Assembly (NCBI GenBank): GCA_965247115.1
Contig: CBDFGR010000003.1
Location: forward strand, 1,024,001 to 1,088,000
Length of the DNA: 64,000 nucleotides
Reading direction: 5' to 3'
Source of the DNA: Myxococcota bacterium
GTDB taxonomy: Bacteria; Myxococcota_A; UBA9160; SZUA-336
Position 1 is the first letter of the stretch. Every line of letters begins with the position of its first letter. The translations under genes and the position numbers were made by a program. Shown here one piece after another: positions 31,471 to 44,467 of the stretch. A model generated the notes under the pieces. It was given only the letters and a program-made list of their open reading frames with translations. It did no database searches and was not told the origin of the DNA.

Positions 31471-31553
31471 GCACCCGGCCAGCCGACCGGTCAGTCCGAG
31501 CGTCCCGGAACAACTCCGACTTTCCGCATGCCGAGCTCCCCTGCCCGGAGAAG

Positions 31554-31859
31554 CTAGCCCATATTCATTTCCTGGGAGATTACGGCGAAGCCCTCTGTCG
31601 CAGCGAGGCGCTTCCCGACGACCTTCTGGTAGTCGGGCGAGTTGTACCACTCCTTGACTTTCTCGACGGAGTCGAACTTCAGGATCACCGTTTGGGGTCC
31701 CGGTGGCTTTCCCTCGATAGTCTCTGCAGCGACGTCGATGGCGACCAGCTCGCCGCCGTGTGCGTCGAGCGTGGGACGGGCACCCTGAGCGTACTCGCCG
31801 TAGAGATCACTATCGTTGACGACATACTGAGCGATGAAGTAGGCGGGCATATCTTCCAC
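31554..31859 (-). CDS. DUF1330 domain protein
   Basis: MPAYFIAQYVVND..Y..Y...HGG...KFDS.E....WYNSPDYQ. Confidence 0.88.
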   Translation of the reverse strand: MEDMPAYFIAQYVVNDSDLYGEYAQGARPTLDAHGGELVAIDVAAETIEGKPPGPQTVILKFDSVEKVKEWYNSPDYQKVVGKRLAATEGFAVISQEMNMG

Positions 31860-32319
31860 TTATCACAGTCGCGTCCGATCCTGCAAGAGGCGTCGCTGGA
31901 TGAGCGTCTGCGGCGACGTCCGAGTCCAGCAGCCCCTCGCTCTGGCGAAGCGGGAGGCTGAAGACCCCCCCGCAGGGTCAACGCGGTCAGGATCGCGAGG
32001 TTCGAATACCGCCTGGAGGCTTACCCACGATTAGGGGCTCCACTGGAGAGTCGCCGCGCCGGCTCTCGGCACGGCGGGGAGCATTAGGCGCCGCGCTCCC
32101 GTCATGGCGCAAGCACCTCAGTGATCGTCCTGAAGTTCACTCAGGACAGGAAGCCTTCGCCATCGAGAACTTCGTCTGGCCCGTTGCGACCGACCCAATC
32201 GATGGTCTACGCAGCGGCCGATTCGCGCCAACCAAGCGCCGCGAAGCGCCACTAAGCCGGGCCCGCTTGACGTGCGCGGATCAACTCGAACACATTTAAG
32301 GCCGATGTCCATAGCGGTT

Positions 32320-32487
32320 ACTCGCTGAGTCGTGGCGCGGCATCACGATCACTGCCTTCGAAGCCCGACAACTCTCCGTGATCCACGAAGAGCTTGACCA
32401 AAACCACGAACGCCGTCAGGCTCCCGCCATACCGTCACGGGAGGCTGCTGCTCGTTCCCGCGTTTCCAGCGCTAAGAAGACGTGACC
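32320..32487 (+). mobile_element. IS256-family right-end remnant abutting the GDH gene
   Basis: AESWRGITITAFEARQLSVIHEELDQNHERRQAPAIPSREA plus gtttccagc...acgtgacc terminus, matching the 38629-40034 element. Confidence 0.8.
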
Positions 32488-32513
32488 GGGACACCCTGAG
32501 CGGAGAACTGGAG

Positions 32514-33761
32514 ATGCTTGAGGAAACTCTCTACTACTTCAATAGAGCGGCCGACGTGCTCGGTCTATCCAGAGTGATCCGGCAGGTGCTTCAGACGCCG
32601 GTGCGCGTGGTCAAGGTCGAGGTCGTCACCGAGGGCGACTCCGGGGAGATCCTCCATCACATCGGCTACCGCGTGCAGCACAACCGCGCGCGTGGCCCGA
32701 TGAAGGGGGGACTCCGCTTTCATCCCAGTGTCGATGAGGACCACTCGACTGCCCTGGCGAGCCTCATGACCTGGAAGACGGCCGTCGTCGACGTGCCCTA
32801 CGGTGGCGCAAAGGGCGGGATCAACTGCGATCCGAAGGAGCTCTCCGGGATGGAGCTCGACGCGATCACCCGTGAGTTCGTCGAACGCATCAAGGAGGTG
32901 ATCGGTCCTACGATCGACATCCCCGCTCCGGATGTCAACACGAATCCCCAGATCATGGCCTGGATCATGGACGAGTACTCCAAGTACTACGGGTTCTCAC
33001 CGGGCGTCGTGACGGGAAAGCCGCTGGATCTCTTTGGCTCGGAGGGTCGCGATGAAGCGACCGGCAGGGGCGTTATGCTCGCGCTCGAACAGGTGCTTGA
33101 GGATGGCGGGAGGTCGTTCGAGGGCCTCACCGTCGCCATTCAGGGCTTCGGAAACGTCGGCAGTCATGCAGCACGCCTCATCGCTGAGAGGGGCGGACAG
33201 ATCGTCGCCGTGGGAGACCATCTGGGTGGTGTGCACGCCCGTGACGGTCTGGACGTTCCGGCGCTACTCGAGTACGCGCGGGAAGAACGGACCGTCGATG
33301 GTTTTCCTGGAGCTGATTCGTTCGAAAGCTCGGAAGTGATCACGTGGAATGCCGACGTCCTCATTCCCGCCGCGCTCGAAGACGTGATCACCAAGGAGAA
33401 CGCGGCGGACATCCGAGCGCAGATCGTCGTCGAGGCGGCGAACGGTCCGACCACGCCCGAGGCCGATGAGATCCTGCACAAGCGCGGAATCACGGTTCTT
33501 CCGGACATCCTTGCGAACGCTGGTGGCGTGACGGTGAGCTACTTCGAATGGGCGCAGAATATTCAGCAGTTCCGCTGGGAGCACGAACGAGTGAATGCGG
33601 AGCTCGAGAAGGTCATGCGTAAGGCGTATGGCGCCGTACGCGACGTCGCAAAGTCTCGAGGCCTAGACCTCCGCACCGCGGCATTCGTCCTCGCCGTTCA
33701 GCGCGTGGGCCGTGCGGCGCTCTCGAGGCAGCAGAGACGGCAGCCGATCGACCTCGACTGA
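32514..33761 (+). CDS. gdhA: Glu/Leu/Phe/Val dehydrogenase
   Basis: GPMKGGLRFHP, YGGAKGG, DIPAPDVNT, IQGFGNVG, EAANGPTT, NAGGVTVSYFEW. Confidence 0.93.
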   Translation: MLEETLYYFNRAADVLGLSRVIRQVLQTPVRVVKVEVVTEGDSGEILHHIGYRVQHNRARGPMKGGLRFHPSVDEDHSTALASLMTWKTAVVDVPYGGAKGGINCDPKELSGMELDAITREFVERIKEVIGPTIDIPAPDVNTNPQIMAWIMDEYSKYYGFSPGVVTGKPLDLFGSEGRDEATGRGVMLALEQVLEDGGRSFEGLTVAIQGFGNVGSHAARLIAERGGQIVAVGDHLGGVHARDGLDVPALLEYAREERTVDGFPGADSFESSEVITWNADVLIPAALEDVITKENAADIRAQIVVEAANGPTTPEADEILHKRGITVLPDILANAGGVTVSYFEWAQNIQQFRWEHERVNAELEKVMRKAYGAVRDVAKSRGLDLRTAAFVLAVQRVGRAALSRQQRRQPIDLD

Positions 33762-34094
33762 GCCGTGGCGAACTCATCGACGCCTTTGAACTCCTGGGCC
33801 ATGCTCGTTGTCCTCCTTGAGGTGGGGTCCCCACACCACTATATCTAGTGGTCTTCCCGGTGCCACGAGGTGCCACGTAGTGCCGGCTAGTGCCACCTAC
33901 GGCCGTCTTATGCAGAGTGGTGCCGGTTTTTGCCACGTTTTTGGCGGCGCTTTTATCGTCCGATTCACGGCACTTTCACCGTCTTCCCAGATCAAGCGTC
34001 AGATGTCAGGCGGTTTCGATCTGCACCGGATCGTGCTTCTGGCGGCCGTTGGGCGTGGAGACGACGCGCAGCACGAGGCCGGGCTTGGAGATTA

Positions 34095-34170
34095 CATTCG
34101 CGGGAGAGGGCCGTGGCAAAACCTCGAAGAGGTCGAGTACGCCACGCTGGAATGGGTCGACTGGTTCAAA
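34095..34170 (+). mobile_element. IS3-family transposase scrap
   Basis: RGPWQNLEEVEYATLEWVDWF. Confidence 0.75.
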
Positions 34171-34344
34171 TCCATCGACGATTGTTCGAACCGATGGCAG
34201 GGAGCCTCGAGAGCTAAGCACCGAACAGCGGCGCATGCTCATGGTCGTTGAAGCTGGCGGTTGCGCAGATGACCTGGAACCGCCCCGGCGGAGTCCCCAA
34301 CCTGTCGCGAAGGCGCCGTAGCAGGAGCCCAACCTCGGCACCGG

Positions 34345-34862
34345 CCGTTCCTCCCGATCTGCTGCTGACCACACCCGAGTCGATCGAGGTCATGCTCGTC
34401 TCGAGTCGATCGGATCCGGGGACGCTGTTCCGGAACGTTCAGGCCGTGGTCGTGGACGAGCTCCACTCCTTCGCGGGCGATGATCGAGGATGGCATCTGC
34501 TCGCAGTTGCTGGAAAGAGTGCGTGGGTTCGCTGGCGCGAGGTCCAACGACTCGGTCTGTCCGCGACCATCGGCAATCCCGAGGCGCTTCTCGAGTGGCT
34601 TGCGCCTGCCTCGTCTCGCCCCAGGCGCATCATCGCACCGGACGGCCAGGCGGTGCAGTCGGCTTCCGTGCAGCTGGACTATGTAGGTGGCGTCGAGAAC
34701 ACGGCGAGGGTCGTCTCCTCGCTCCACAAGGGCGAGAAGCGCCTCGTCTTCTGCGATAGCCGAGCACGGGTCGAGGAGCTTGCGGCGGGTCTGCGGCAGC
34801 TAGGTACCGAGACGTTTGTCTCGCACAGCCCGCTCAGTTTGGATGAGCGCCGGCGTTCCGAG
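34345..34862 (+). pseudogene. Lhr/BrxHI-like SF2 helicase, internal fragment
   Basis: PPDLLLTTPESIEVML, VVDELHSFAGDDRGWHL, GLSATIGN, KRLVFCDSR. Confidence 0.85.
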
Positions 34863-34949
34863 GAAGTCCCCCAGCGCGATCCGCAGGCAGTGGTCTCGGA
34901 AGGGTAGCCCATCCGACCCGCAGATCGAGCGCTCCAAGCGGCCGCCGAG

Positions 34950-35045
34950 AGGCTCTCCCAAAGCGTTCGCTGCGAGAGCGCCACGAAGCGTCGAGACACC
35001 GCGCTGCGCGAGGTACTGCGCAAACGATCTTGCGAAGATTTCCAT
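34950..35045 (-). mobile_element. IS256-family transposase scrap
   Basis: RSTSRSAVSRRFVALSQ, matching the 57360 transposase. Confidence 0.65.
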
Positions 35046-35081
35046 CGGCTGCCACCGCGTGCTTCCGATCGACCCGACGAC

Positions 35082-36300
35082 CTACACTTCGTCCGCCGTC
35101 ACCGCGACGGCAAAAGGAACACCCAAGGCCTCGAGGTGCTTAGCCCCGCACCGGACCTTGTCGGCCTCGGTGGTGCGGAGCTTCAGGAAGTCGCGCGTGC
35201 CCTTGGTTTCACGGGCAAGGTAGAGCGCCTCGCCATCGTGCCTGAGAATGGCCCAGTCCGGGTTGTATTGCCCGACGGGAGTATCGATCAAGAACCAAGC
35301 GGGAAGCTTGACGAAGAGACGAATGTCCTCACGCTCGTCGAGCTTCCGAGCGAACTCCCGCTCGATCTCGGAGTCGTAGGGAATGTACTCATACACGGAC
35401 TTATCGACCCCGAGCGCCGTGAGATAGTCGACCAGCTCCTCGTTCTTGAACAGCAGCATCTCCCACTCGGCATCGGAGCCACTGCCGTCGAGCTTTTCGT
35501 ACTTGATCCCGTCGACGAGCAGGCGATGGAGCTCGTGTTTGAGGATCGAAGCGACCGAATCCATGAAGAGCTGCGGATTGTGGAAGAGCTCCCCGAGCCG
35601 ACCCGACTCCTTCAGAATCCTCACCAACGTGGACCGGGTGAGCTCGGTCTCGTTCTGCAGATAGGCCAAGATATCGGGTACGGGCAGACGCCCGTACTCG
35701 ACGCGTTCTTCCGCGACGCTCGTCGCCTGCGTGGTGACGCCTCCCTTCTCGACAGCGATCTGACCCGCACTGATACGGATACGAGGGGCCTCGATCGCCG
35801 GCATCTGCTTGATGGCCGCAACAGCCCGAGAGACCAGACCACCGTCTCGAAATCCACTCGATAGGTCGTCTTGGGCTTGATCCGCTCCCAGAGCGCCCGG
35901 AACTCTGGGCTCAGGGCGACCTCCCTCTTGAGGTGGTTCACCCGTTCGTCTCGCTCCCGACGGATGTGGCGCTCGATCTGATTTGCGGACAGGAGGTCGA
36001 TCACGGCGGGCGTGAGGTCACGGTGGGCCTCGGGTAGATCGATCGCAAAGTCCTTCTTCTTGGGGTCGAAGGCCGGCTGGATGCATCCCTCGGCGTCGAG
36101 CATCTCCTGATCAATCAGGCTCGCCTGGATCTCCTCCGCGGCCTCGCGACCGATCGGCTGTTCCTGGCCATCGACGACCCGGGTGAGTTTCGCCAGGGCC
36201 GCGATGGGGACCTTCCCGAACGCGACGCCACAGTCCTCCTCGTACTCGGTCTGAAGCGCCCGGGCGAAGTCCTCGTAGCTCTCGTTTGCCATCACGTAGC
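35082..36300 (-). pseudogene. Type III restriction endonuclease Res, C-terminal half, frameshifted
   Basis: ANESYEDFARALQTE, YDSEIEREFA, FVKLPAWF.IDTPVGQYNPDWA, ETKG. Confidence 0.9.
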
Positions 36301-36562
36301 CGGCTGAGGCCCAGGGTCTGGAGCATTCGCCCGCTGGGCGACCGGCCACCCCGCATTTTCTGTTCCTGCAGCGTACTCTGTAGTCACCATGTAGGTATCC
36401 GTTTCAGGAATAACAGCTTGGGAGCTACCATCGGCCTTCATTCCCATTCCTGGCCGATTTGGGAGAGCGTTACGACCGCATGCAGGCGGTGGGCAAGCGA
36501 ATCGGACGGTAAAAGCGCCGCCAAAAACGGGACAAAACGCGGCACCAGGCGGCATTAGCCGG

Positions 36563-38466
<1,904 letters not shown>

Positions 38467-38539
38467 GGCGGACCTCCTTTTCCTTTCTTGATCTCGCCGC
38501 CGGGTCCCCGGGGCGGCGACCTCGAGGCCCGACGTGACT

Positions 38540-40383
38540 TGGGTAGAAGGATCAGACTCTACACCGGGCTCCAGGAGCTGGGCAACGTGAGCGCGGCCTG
38601 CAAGGAGCTCGGCGTCTCGCGCTCGCTCGGTCACGTCCGGTTCTTGCTGGAAACGCGGGACCGGGGATTGGCTTCGCGTGACGGGATGGCGGGAGCCTGA
38701 CGGCGTTCGTGGTTCTGGTCAAGCTCTTCCCGAATCACAGAGAGCTGTCGGGCTTCAAAGGCGCTGATCGCGATGCCCCGCCAGGACTCGGCGCTCCGGA
38801 TCAACGCAGCATACATCAGCTTCAAGACCGCACGCTCTCCGAAGGCGTGTACGACCGCCTTCATGCGACGGCGCTCTTCGAGGAAGAGGCGCTCGAGTAA
38901 GTTCGTCGTCCGAATCACGCGACGGTGTTTTACCGGGAAGCGCAAGTGGGCGATGCAGGCTTCAAAATCATCCATGAAGCACTGCACGGCCGTAGGTAAC
39001 GTCTTCTCGTAGCGTCGGACCAGGTCGTCGCGCAGGAGACGAGCGACCTCTTGCGAGGGTCCCTCGTAACAGGCCTTGGCGTGGGCGCGAAACTCCGGCC
39101 AGTCGGGCTCGGAGATCTTGGAGGCGAGGTTGCGCATCCGATGGGCCAAACAGCGTTGTCGCTCCGCCCGGGGAAAGCACTCCTCGACCGCGCGGATCAG
39201 ACCGGGGGCTCCATCCGTGACGACGAGGAGCGGATCCTCGAGGCCGCGACGTTTGAGGTCCTGGAAGAAGGCCGTGCAACTCGCCGTGTCCTCCTTCGTG
39301 CCCGGACTCAGGTGCAGGAGAACCTTCTCGCCCTCGTCGGTGATGCCCCAGGCACACAGCACCATCTCGCGACGCTGACCGGTGTGCAGGCGCTCGGCGA
39401 CGCCATCCACGAACAGGTACAGGAGCTTGAACTCGGAGAGGTCCCGGGTCGCAAAGGCCTCGTACTCTTCCCAGAGCTGCTCCGTGACCTCACTCACGGC
39501 TGTCCGCGAAAGCAAGGACCGTCCGTCCTCGCCTCGAAAGGTGGCCTCGATGTCGCGGGTCGAGAGTCCTCTCGCGTACATCTCCACCGCCAGCTCTTCC
39601 AGGGCGCGCGTCCGCTTCTCGAGTTCGGGACGGATCCCGGAACGGAAGGGTTCGTCGGTGTCGCTCACCTGCGGAGCCCGGTACTCGATCGGACCTTCGG
39701 CGCTCTTCACCCGCGCCGGTCGCGATCCATTGCGGTAGCCCTTTTGCCCCTCGCGTCGCCGCGCGTAGTGGCCTCGGCCCAGGACATCGCTGACCTCGGC
39801 TTCCAGCGCCTCCTCGATGATCTTGCGCATCGCGAGCTGGAGCAGCCCCTCCAGGCCGTCTCCTTCCTCCAGCTCCTGGATCAGCTCACGGATCTTCTGG
39901 CTCGTCCTCTCGCTGCTCAGTACTCTCGTTGCCAAGGGGATGTCTCCTCGCGTGGCCGGAAGGTCCGGCGGGTTTTGTTTGATTCACGCGAGGTTGCATC
40001 CCCCCTTTGTTTCCAGCAAACCCCGGACGTCACCCTCGCTCTACTATCAGCTCCGCAAGCGTTTCGTGCGCTATGGCCCAGATGGCCTCATTCGAAGCGC
40101 CGCCAGGGGCTGTCCGGGACGCCCACCCCAGCTCGATGCCACTGTCGAACGTCAGGTGATCGCAATGGCGCTGGCTTGGCCGAGCTTCGGTCCCCAGCAG
40201 CGCTCGGACCAGCTCGCGATGCGAGGCGTCCGGATAGCTCGGAGCACCGTCTATCGAGCCCTCCGACGTCATGGGCTCGGGACCCGCAGGGAGCGCCTCG
40301 GGATCCTCGAGCGCCACAGTGCCGAGCAGGCGGGCCTCCTCGTCGGTCGAGTCCGGCAGATAGAAGTTGCAGTTGCGCATTGA
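38540..40383 (+). pseudogene. IS481-like transposase N-terminus interrupted by IS256
   Basis: ELGNVSAACKELGVSRS|LYYQLRKRF...IARSTVYRALRRHGL rejoins in frame once the IS and one TSD are removed. Confidence 0.75.
38629..40034 (-). mobile_element. Complete IS256-family element (transposase 38631-39935)
   Basis: 26-bp imperfect IRs, 7-bp TSD ctcgctc (38622-38628 / 40035-40041), FVDG, TDGAPG, QRCLAH, TTNLLER. Confidence 0.95.
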
Positions 40384-40461
40384 CTCGTGACAGGATATTC
40401 CTGGGAGAAAACCGAGACGGAAGATCCGCGGACCTGGGCATGAGTCTCAGCGGGGTCGAAG

Positions 40462-42783
40462 ATGTCCACGAAACCAACTCTACGCACTTATGTATTGGGT
40501 GGAATCGCGGCGAGTACGCTCATTGTGAGCGGGCAAGTCGCGGCTCAGCAGGAGCCCGAACCAGCGGCGCCCGAGGCGGTGAGAGAGGCCCCCGCCATTG
40601 AGCAGATCACGGTCACCGCGCGGCGCCGCGAGGAGCGCCTGCAGGACGTACCCATTTCGGTGTCGACGCTGACGATGGATGAGCTCGAGAGCCGCACCGT
40701 CGTGTCGATCGAGGACATCGGAGCCGCCATCCCTGCCCTGGAAATGGACGAGTGCGGCGTCGCCAACTGCTTCCGGATGTTCATCCGCGGCGTCGGCACC
40801 CTCGTCATCGGAAGCTTCACCGATCCGCGGGTGGGGCTCTACATCGACGGCGTCTACATCCCGCGTGCCATCGGCGGCCTCTTCGACGTGCTCGACGTCG
40901 AGCGGGTGGAAGTTCTGCGCGGACCGCAGGGGACCCTCTTCGGCAAGAACACAGCGGGCGGCGCCATTCAGGTGATCACGACCCCACCATCTGGTGAATT
41001 CGGGGGGCGCGTCAAGCTGGGGATCGGGACCGACCGTCTCTATACGACACAAGCGTTGCTCGACTTCCCGATCCTCGAAGAGCGCCTCTACGGGCGCCTC
41101 TCGTGGTCCAGTCGGAACTCGGACGGCTACATGAAGAACGTGGCGACGGGGTCGGACGCCTTCTCGGACCGGACGCAGGTGGCGCGCCTGAGCCTGCGTT
41201 ACCTCCCCACGGACAACGTCGACGCGCGGTTCGTGTTTGAGAGGGCTCGGGTCCGCGAGGACGGCCAGCTGCGGAGCTGCGACTTTGACCCGGACCCCGG
41301 CGCCGGCTTGTTGGGCCTCTTGGCGTTGCCCTCGGAGCCCAGTCTAGACGCTCCCAACAACCTCGACACCTTCATCGCCGAGTGCGACCGGTCGTGGGCG
41401 CTTGGGCCCGATCGAGGCACGTCGAACCTCCCCGCGAGGCACGACCTCGACACGTGGCTCACATCCGGGACGCTCCGCTGGGACTTGGGCTGGGCGACCG
41501 TCAAGTCGATCACGGCGTGGCGCCGCTCGGAGAGCTTCGATCGTATCGACTTCACCGGAGCGGACTTCCAGTACTTCGACTCCTTAATAGAGTTTAACCA
41601 CGACACCCTGAACCAAGAGCTGCAGCTAAGCGGCACGGCGCTCGACGACCGGGTCGACTGGGTGGGCGGAGCGTTCTTGTTCCGCGAGAAGGAGAAAAGC
41701 CTTTTGGGGTTCAGCATCCTCACCGAGCCCACGGGATTTTTGCCCATTCCGCTGCCCGACGGAAGCTTCTCTTTTTTCCAGCTCCTACCCCTTCCCTCCA
41801 GCAATGCCCGGAGCAAGATCGACTTCCGCAGCTGGGCGCTCTACGGCGAGGCGACCTATCACCTGACTGAGCGGCTGGCGCTGACGGCTGGCGTGCGGCG
41901 CATCCAGGAGGCGAAGTACGTCACGGATTCCTTCGGCGACATAGGTGTGCGCTTTAAGGCCTGGACCCCGCGCGCGAACCTGAGCTTCCGCCTGAATGAC
42001 AGTCTTATGGTCTACGGGGGCTGGAGCCGCGGCTATACGAGTGGCGGCTTCAACATCGGCGCGCCCAGCATTAGCCCCACCGCAGATGAGGAGAAACTCG
42101 ACAGCTGGGAGGTCGGTTTTAAGTCGGACTGGTTCGACAACCGGCTCCGCCTGAATGTCGCCGCCTACTACAGCGACTTCGAGAACATCCAGGTCCTGGT
42201 CCAGCGACAGGACGCCGCCGGAAACTTCTCGCAGCAACTCGTCAACGCGGCAGAAGCCGAAATCACGGGCTTCGAGGTCGAGATGTCGGCCCGGCCGCTC
42301 GACAACCTGATGCTGAGCTTCGGCTGGGCAGTGACCGACGCCGACTACAAGGAGTTCAACGACCTCACGCCACCGCCGCTGGGGTCCCCGCTGGGGACTC
42401 CTCCCACAGTGGTCAACCGCAAGGACCTCGAGTTTTCCCACGTGCCGGACCACAGCTTCAACGTGACCGGCGTGTATGAAATTCCAGCCGGCGAGCTCGG
42501 CATGCTATCGCTGCAGGCGGACTACGAGTATCGCAGCCGGGTGCATGGCGACATCCTGAACTCGCAAGGCGCCAAGCGGAAGGACCGCGGGCTCCTCAAC
42601 GCGCGCGTGGCCCTGCAGCTCGCCGACGGCAGGACCGAGATCGCACTCTGGGGGAGGAATATCCTGGACCGCGAGTACTACCTCGAGTCGTCAGGGCTCA
42701 CCGCGTCGTTTGGCACCAACTCGATCGTCTGGGCCCGCGACCACAGTTTTGGGCTGGAGTTGTCGCGGACGTTCGGGAACTAG
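40462..42783 (+). CDS. TonB-dependent receptor
   Basis: ITVTARRREE.LQDVP, RVEVLRGPQGTLFGKN, barrel C-terminus. Confidence 0.95.
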   Translation: MSTKPTLRTYVLGGIAASTLIVSGQVAAQQEPEPAAPEAVREAPAIEQITVTARRREERLQDVPISVSTLTMDELESRTVVSIEDIGAAIPALEMDECGVANCFRMFIRGVGTLVIGSFTDPRVGLYIDGVYIPRAIGGLFDVLDVERVEVLRGPQGTLFGKNTAGGAIQVITTPPSGEFGGRVKLGIGTDRLYTTQALLDFPILEERLYGRLSWSSRNSDGYMKNVATGSDAFSDRTQVARLSLRYLPTDNVDARFVFERARVREDGQLRSCDFDPDPGAGLLGLLALPSEPSLDAPNNLDTFIAECDRSWALGPDRGTSNLPARHDLDTWLTSGTLRWDLGWATVKSITAWRRSESFDRIDFTGADFQYFDSLIEFNHDTLNQELQLSGTALDDRVDWVGGAFLFREKEKSLLGFSILTEPTGFLPIPLPDGSFSFFQLLPLPSSNARSKIDFRSWALYGEATYHLTERLALTAGVRRIQEAKYVTDSFGDIGVRFKAWTPRANLSFRLNDSLMVYGGWSRGYTSGGFNIGAPSISPTADEEKLDSWEVGFKSDWFDNRLRLNVAAYYSDFENIQVLVQRQDAAGNFSQQLVNAAEAEITGFEVEMSARPLDNLMLSFGWAVTDADYKEFNDLTPPPLGSPLGTPPTVVNRKDLEFSHVPDHSFNVTGVYEIPAGELGMLSLQADYEYRSRVHGDILNSQGAKRKDRGLLNARVALQLADGRTEIALWGRNILDREYYLESSGLTASFGTNSIVWARDHSFGLELSRTFGN

Positions 42784-42925
42784 AAGTCAGCGCACCCCTC
42801 TAGAATAACAGAAACGTGTGCTTTCTCGGCCGATCATCATTGCACCGATTCGCTCTCGCAGCGCGAGGACCCCGCGGAAGTGCCCAAGGGTATAACGGAG
42901 CACAGAGTCGCGAAGAGGGGGAGAT

Positions 42926-44314
42926 ATGACACAAACCACACTCTTTCAGAACGTACGCCTGATCGATGGTCTCGCCGATCAACCGCGAGAGGGAGTCTCG
43001 ATCCTCGTCACTGGAGAGCGCATCACCGAGATCGAGCCAGGACCGCGACCCGTACCCACCGGGGCGAAGCTCATCGACCTCAAGGGCAAGACCGTCGTGC
43101 CCGGTCTGATCGATACTCACGTTCACGCGACGATGCTGGATGACGCATACCTGCCACTTTTCCTCGCTGCGGGAGTGACCAGCGCGCGTGATGTCGGCGG
43201 GAAACTCGAGAAGGTGCTCAAGCTCAGGGCGGACCTCGAGAGCGGCAAGATCCTCGGTCCTCGCCTGCTTGTTTACGGCCCGCTGCTCGATGGCGCTGTC
43301 CGGAGCGTCGACCTGCCCTTTTTCCTCGAGATCTCCGATACGGTTCCGTCGCCCGAAGCGGTGCCCCAAAAGATCGGAGATTTGCTCGCAGCCGGCGTCG
43401 ACGGCGTGAAGCTCTACTTCACGATGCCTCCAGAAACGACGAAGGCCGCTATCCAGTTCGTCGACAAACGCGTGCCCGTAACGGGGCACCTCGGCTACAC
43501 CCACTCGATCGATGCGATCGAGTGGGGCATCGACGGGCTCGAGCATGTCTGGATCTCGCCCTACAACGACTTCTGCGCCCTGGACATGCAATACGGCCCC
43601 GGCACGTTCATGAGTGGGGAGTGGTACGAGTACACCGCCAGAGGCTGGGCAGCGGCCGACCTCAAGAGTGTCCGGGCACGCACCTGGTTCGATGCGATGG
43701 CGGAAAAGCAGGTCGGCCTAGGGACGACTCTCACGCCCATGCTGTGGGCGACCAAGTATGGGAAGGAAGCCGTGCGCAACGACCCGGACCGCCGTTACAT
43801 GACACCGCAAGCCCTTGCGTTCGCAGCGGTGTTGGAAGCGAAATTGGGCGGGAAGGGGCTCCCGGGGGATCTCGGGAAGGGGGACCCTGACTGGGATACG
43901 ACGATGGCGCTCTTCGACCCTTATGCCGCGCCCATGCCGGAGGTTCTCGACCAGCTGCAGCAAGTGACTCACACGTTGCACGAGGCGGGCGGTGTCGTCG
44001 TGGGCGGTACGGACACCGGCGCGCTGGCGTACCCGCCCCCGGGGTTCATCTTGCTGCGCGAGGTCGAGATGCTGGCCGATTCGCTGGGGGCCATGCAGGC
44101 CATCCAGGCGGTCACGTCAGCAGCCGCGCGCCACCTGCGACGAGAAAACGATATCGGTGCCGTCGCGGCAGGAAGGTATGCGGACTTTCTCGTGATCGAC
44201 GGCGACCCGCTGCGCGACCCCCGCGAGCTCCGAAATCTCGTCACCGTGTACCGCGGCGGCACGGAGCATGATCCGAAAGCCCTCTTGGCGGAGGTACCTC
44301 AACGGGACCTGTGA
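42926..44314 (+). CDS. Metal-dependent amidohydrolase
   Basis: PGLIDTHVH, GTDTG, GRYADFLVIDGDP. Confidence 0.92.
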   Translation: MTQTTLFQNVRLIDGLADQPREGVSILVTGERITEIEPGPRPVPTGAKLIDLKGKTVVPGLIDTHVHATMLDDAYLPLFLAAGVTSARDVGGKLEKVLKLRADLESGKILGPRLLVYGPLLDGAVRSVDLPFFLEISDTVPSPEAVPQKIGDLLAAGVDGVKLYFTMPPETTKAAIQFVDKRVPVTGHLGYTHSIDAIEWGIDGLEHVWISPYNDFCALDMQYGPGTFMSGEWYEYTARGWAAADLKSVRARTWFDAMAEKQVGLGTTLTPMLWATKYGKEAVRNDPDRRYMTPQALAFAAVLEAKLGGKGLPGDLGKGDPDWDTTMALFDPYAAPMPEVLDQLQQVTHTLHEAGGVVVGGTDTGALAYPPPGFILLREVEMLADSLGAMQAIQAVTSAAARHLRRENDIGAVAAGRYADFLVIDGDPLRDPRELRNLVTVYRGGTEHDPKALLAEVPQRDL

Positions 44315-44467
44315 CGGTCGTCGCTGATGCCCTCAGATCTTTGAGAAGTCAGAAATAACGCGATCGCCAGCGTGCGATTGATTTGGGGCCGCTCCCCTGT
44401 AAGGGACGTAGGTCAGAGAGGGTCGCGACGGCCCTCTCGTTGGGTTGGATTCGCAGGACTTGCTAGA

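Noticed and set aside
31990..32020. tRNA-like GGTTCGAAT
   Set aside because: Flanks do not form a T-stem or acceptor stem.
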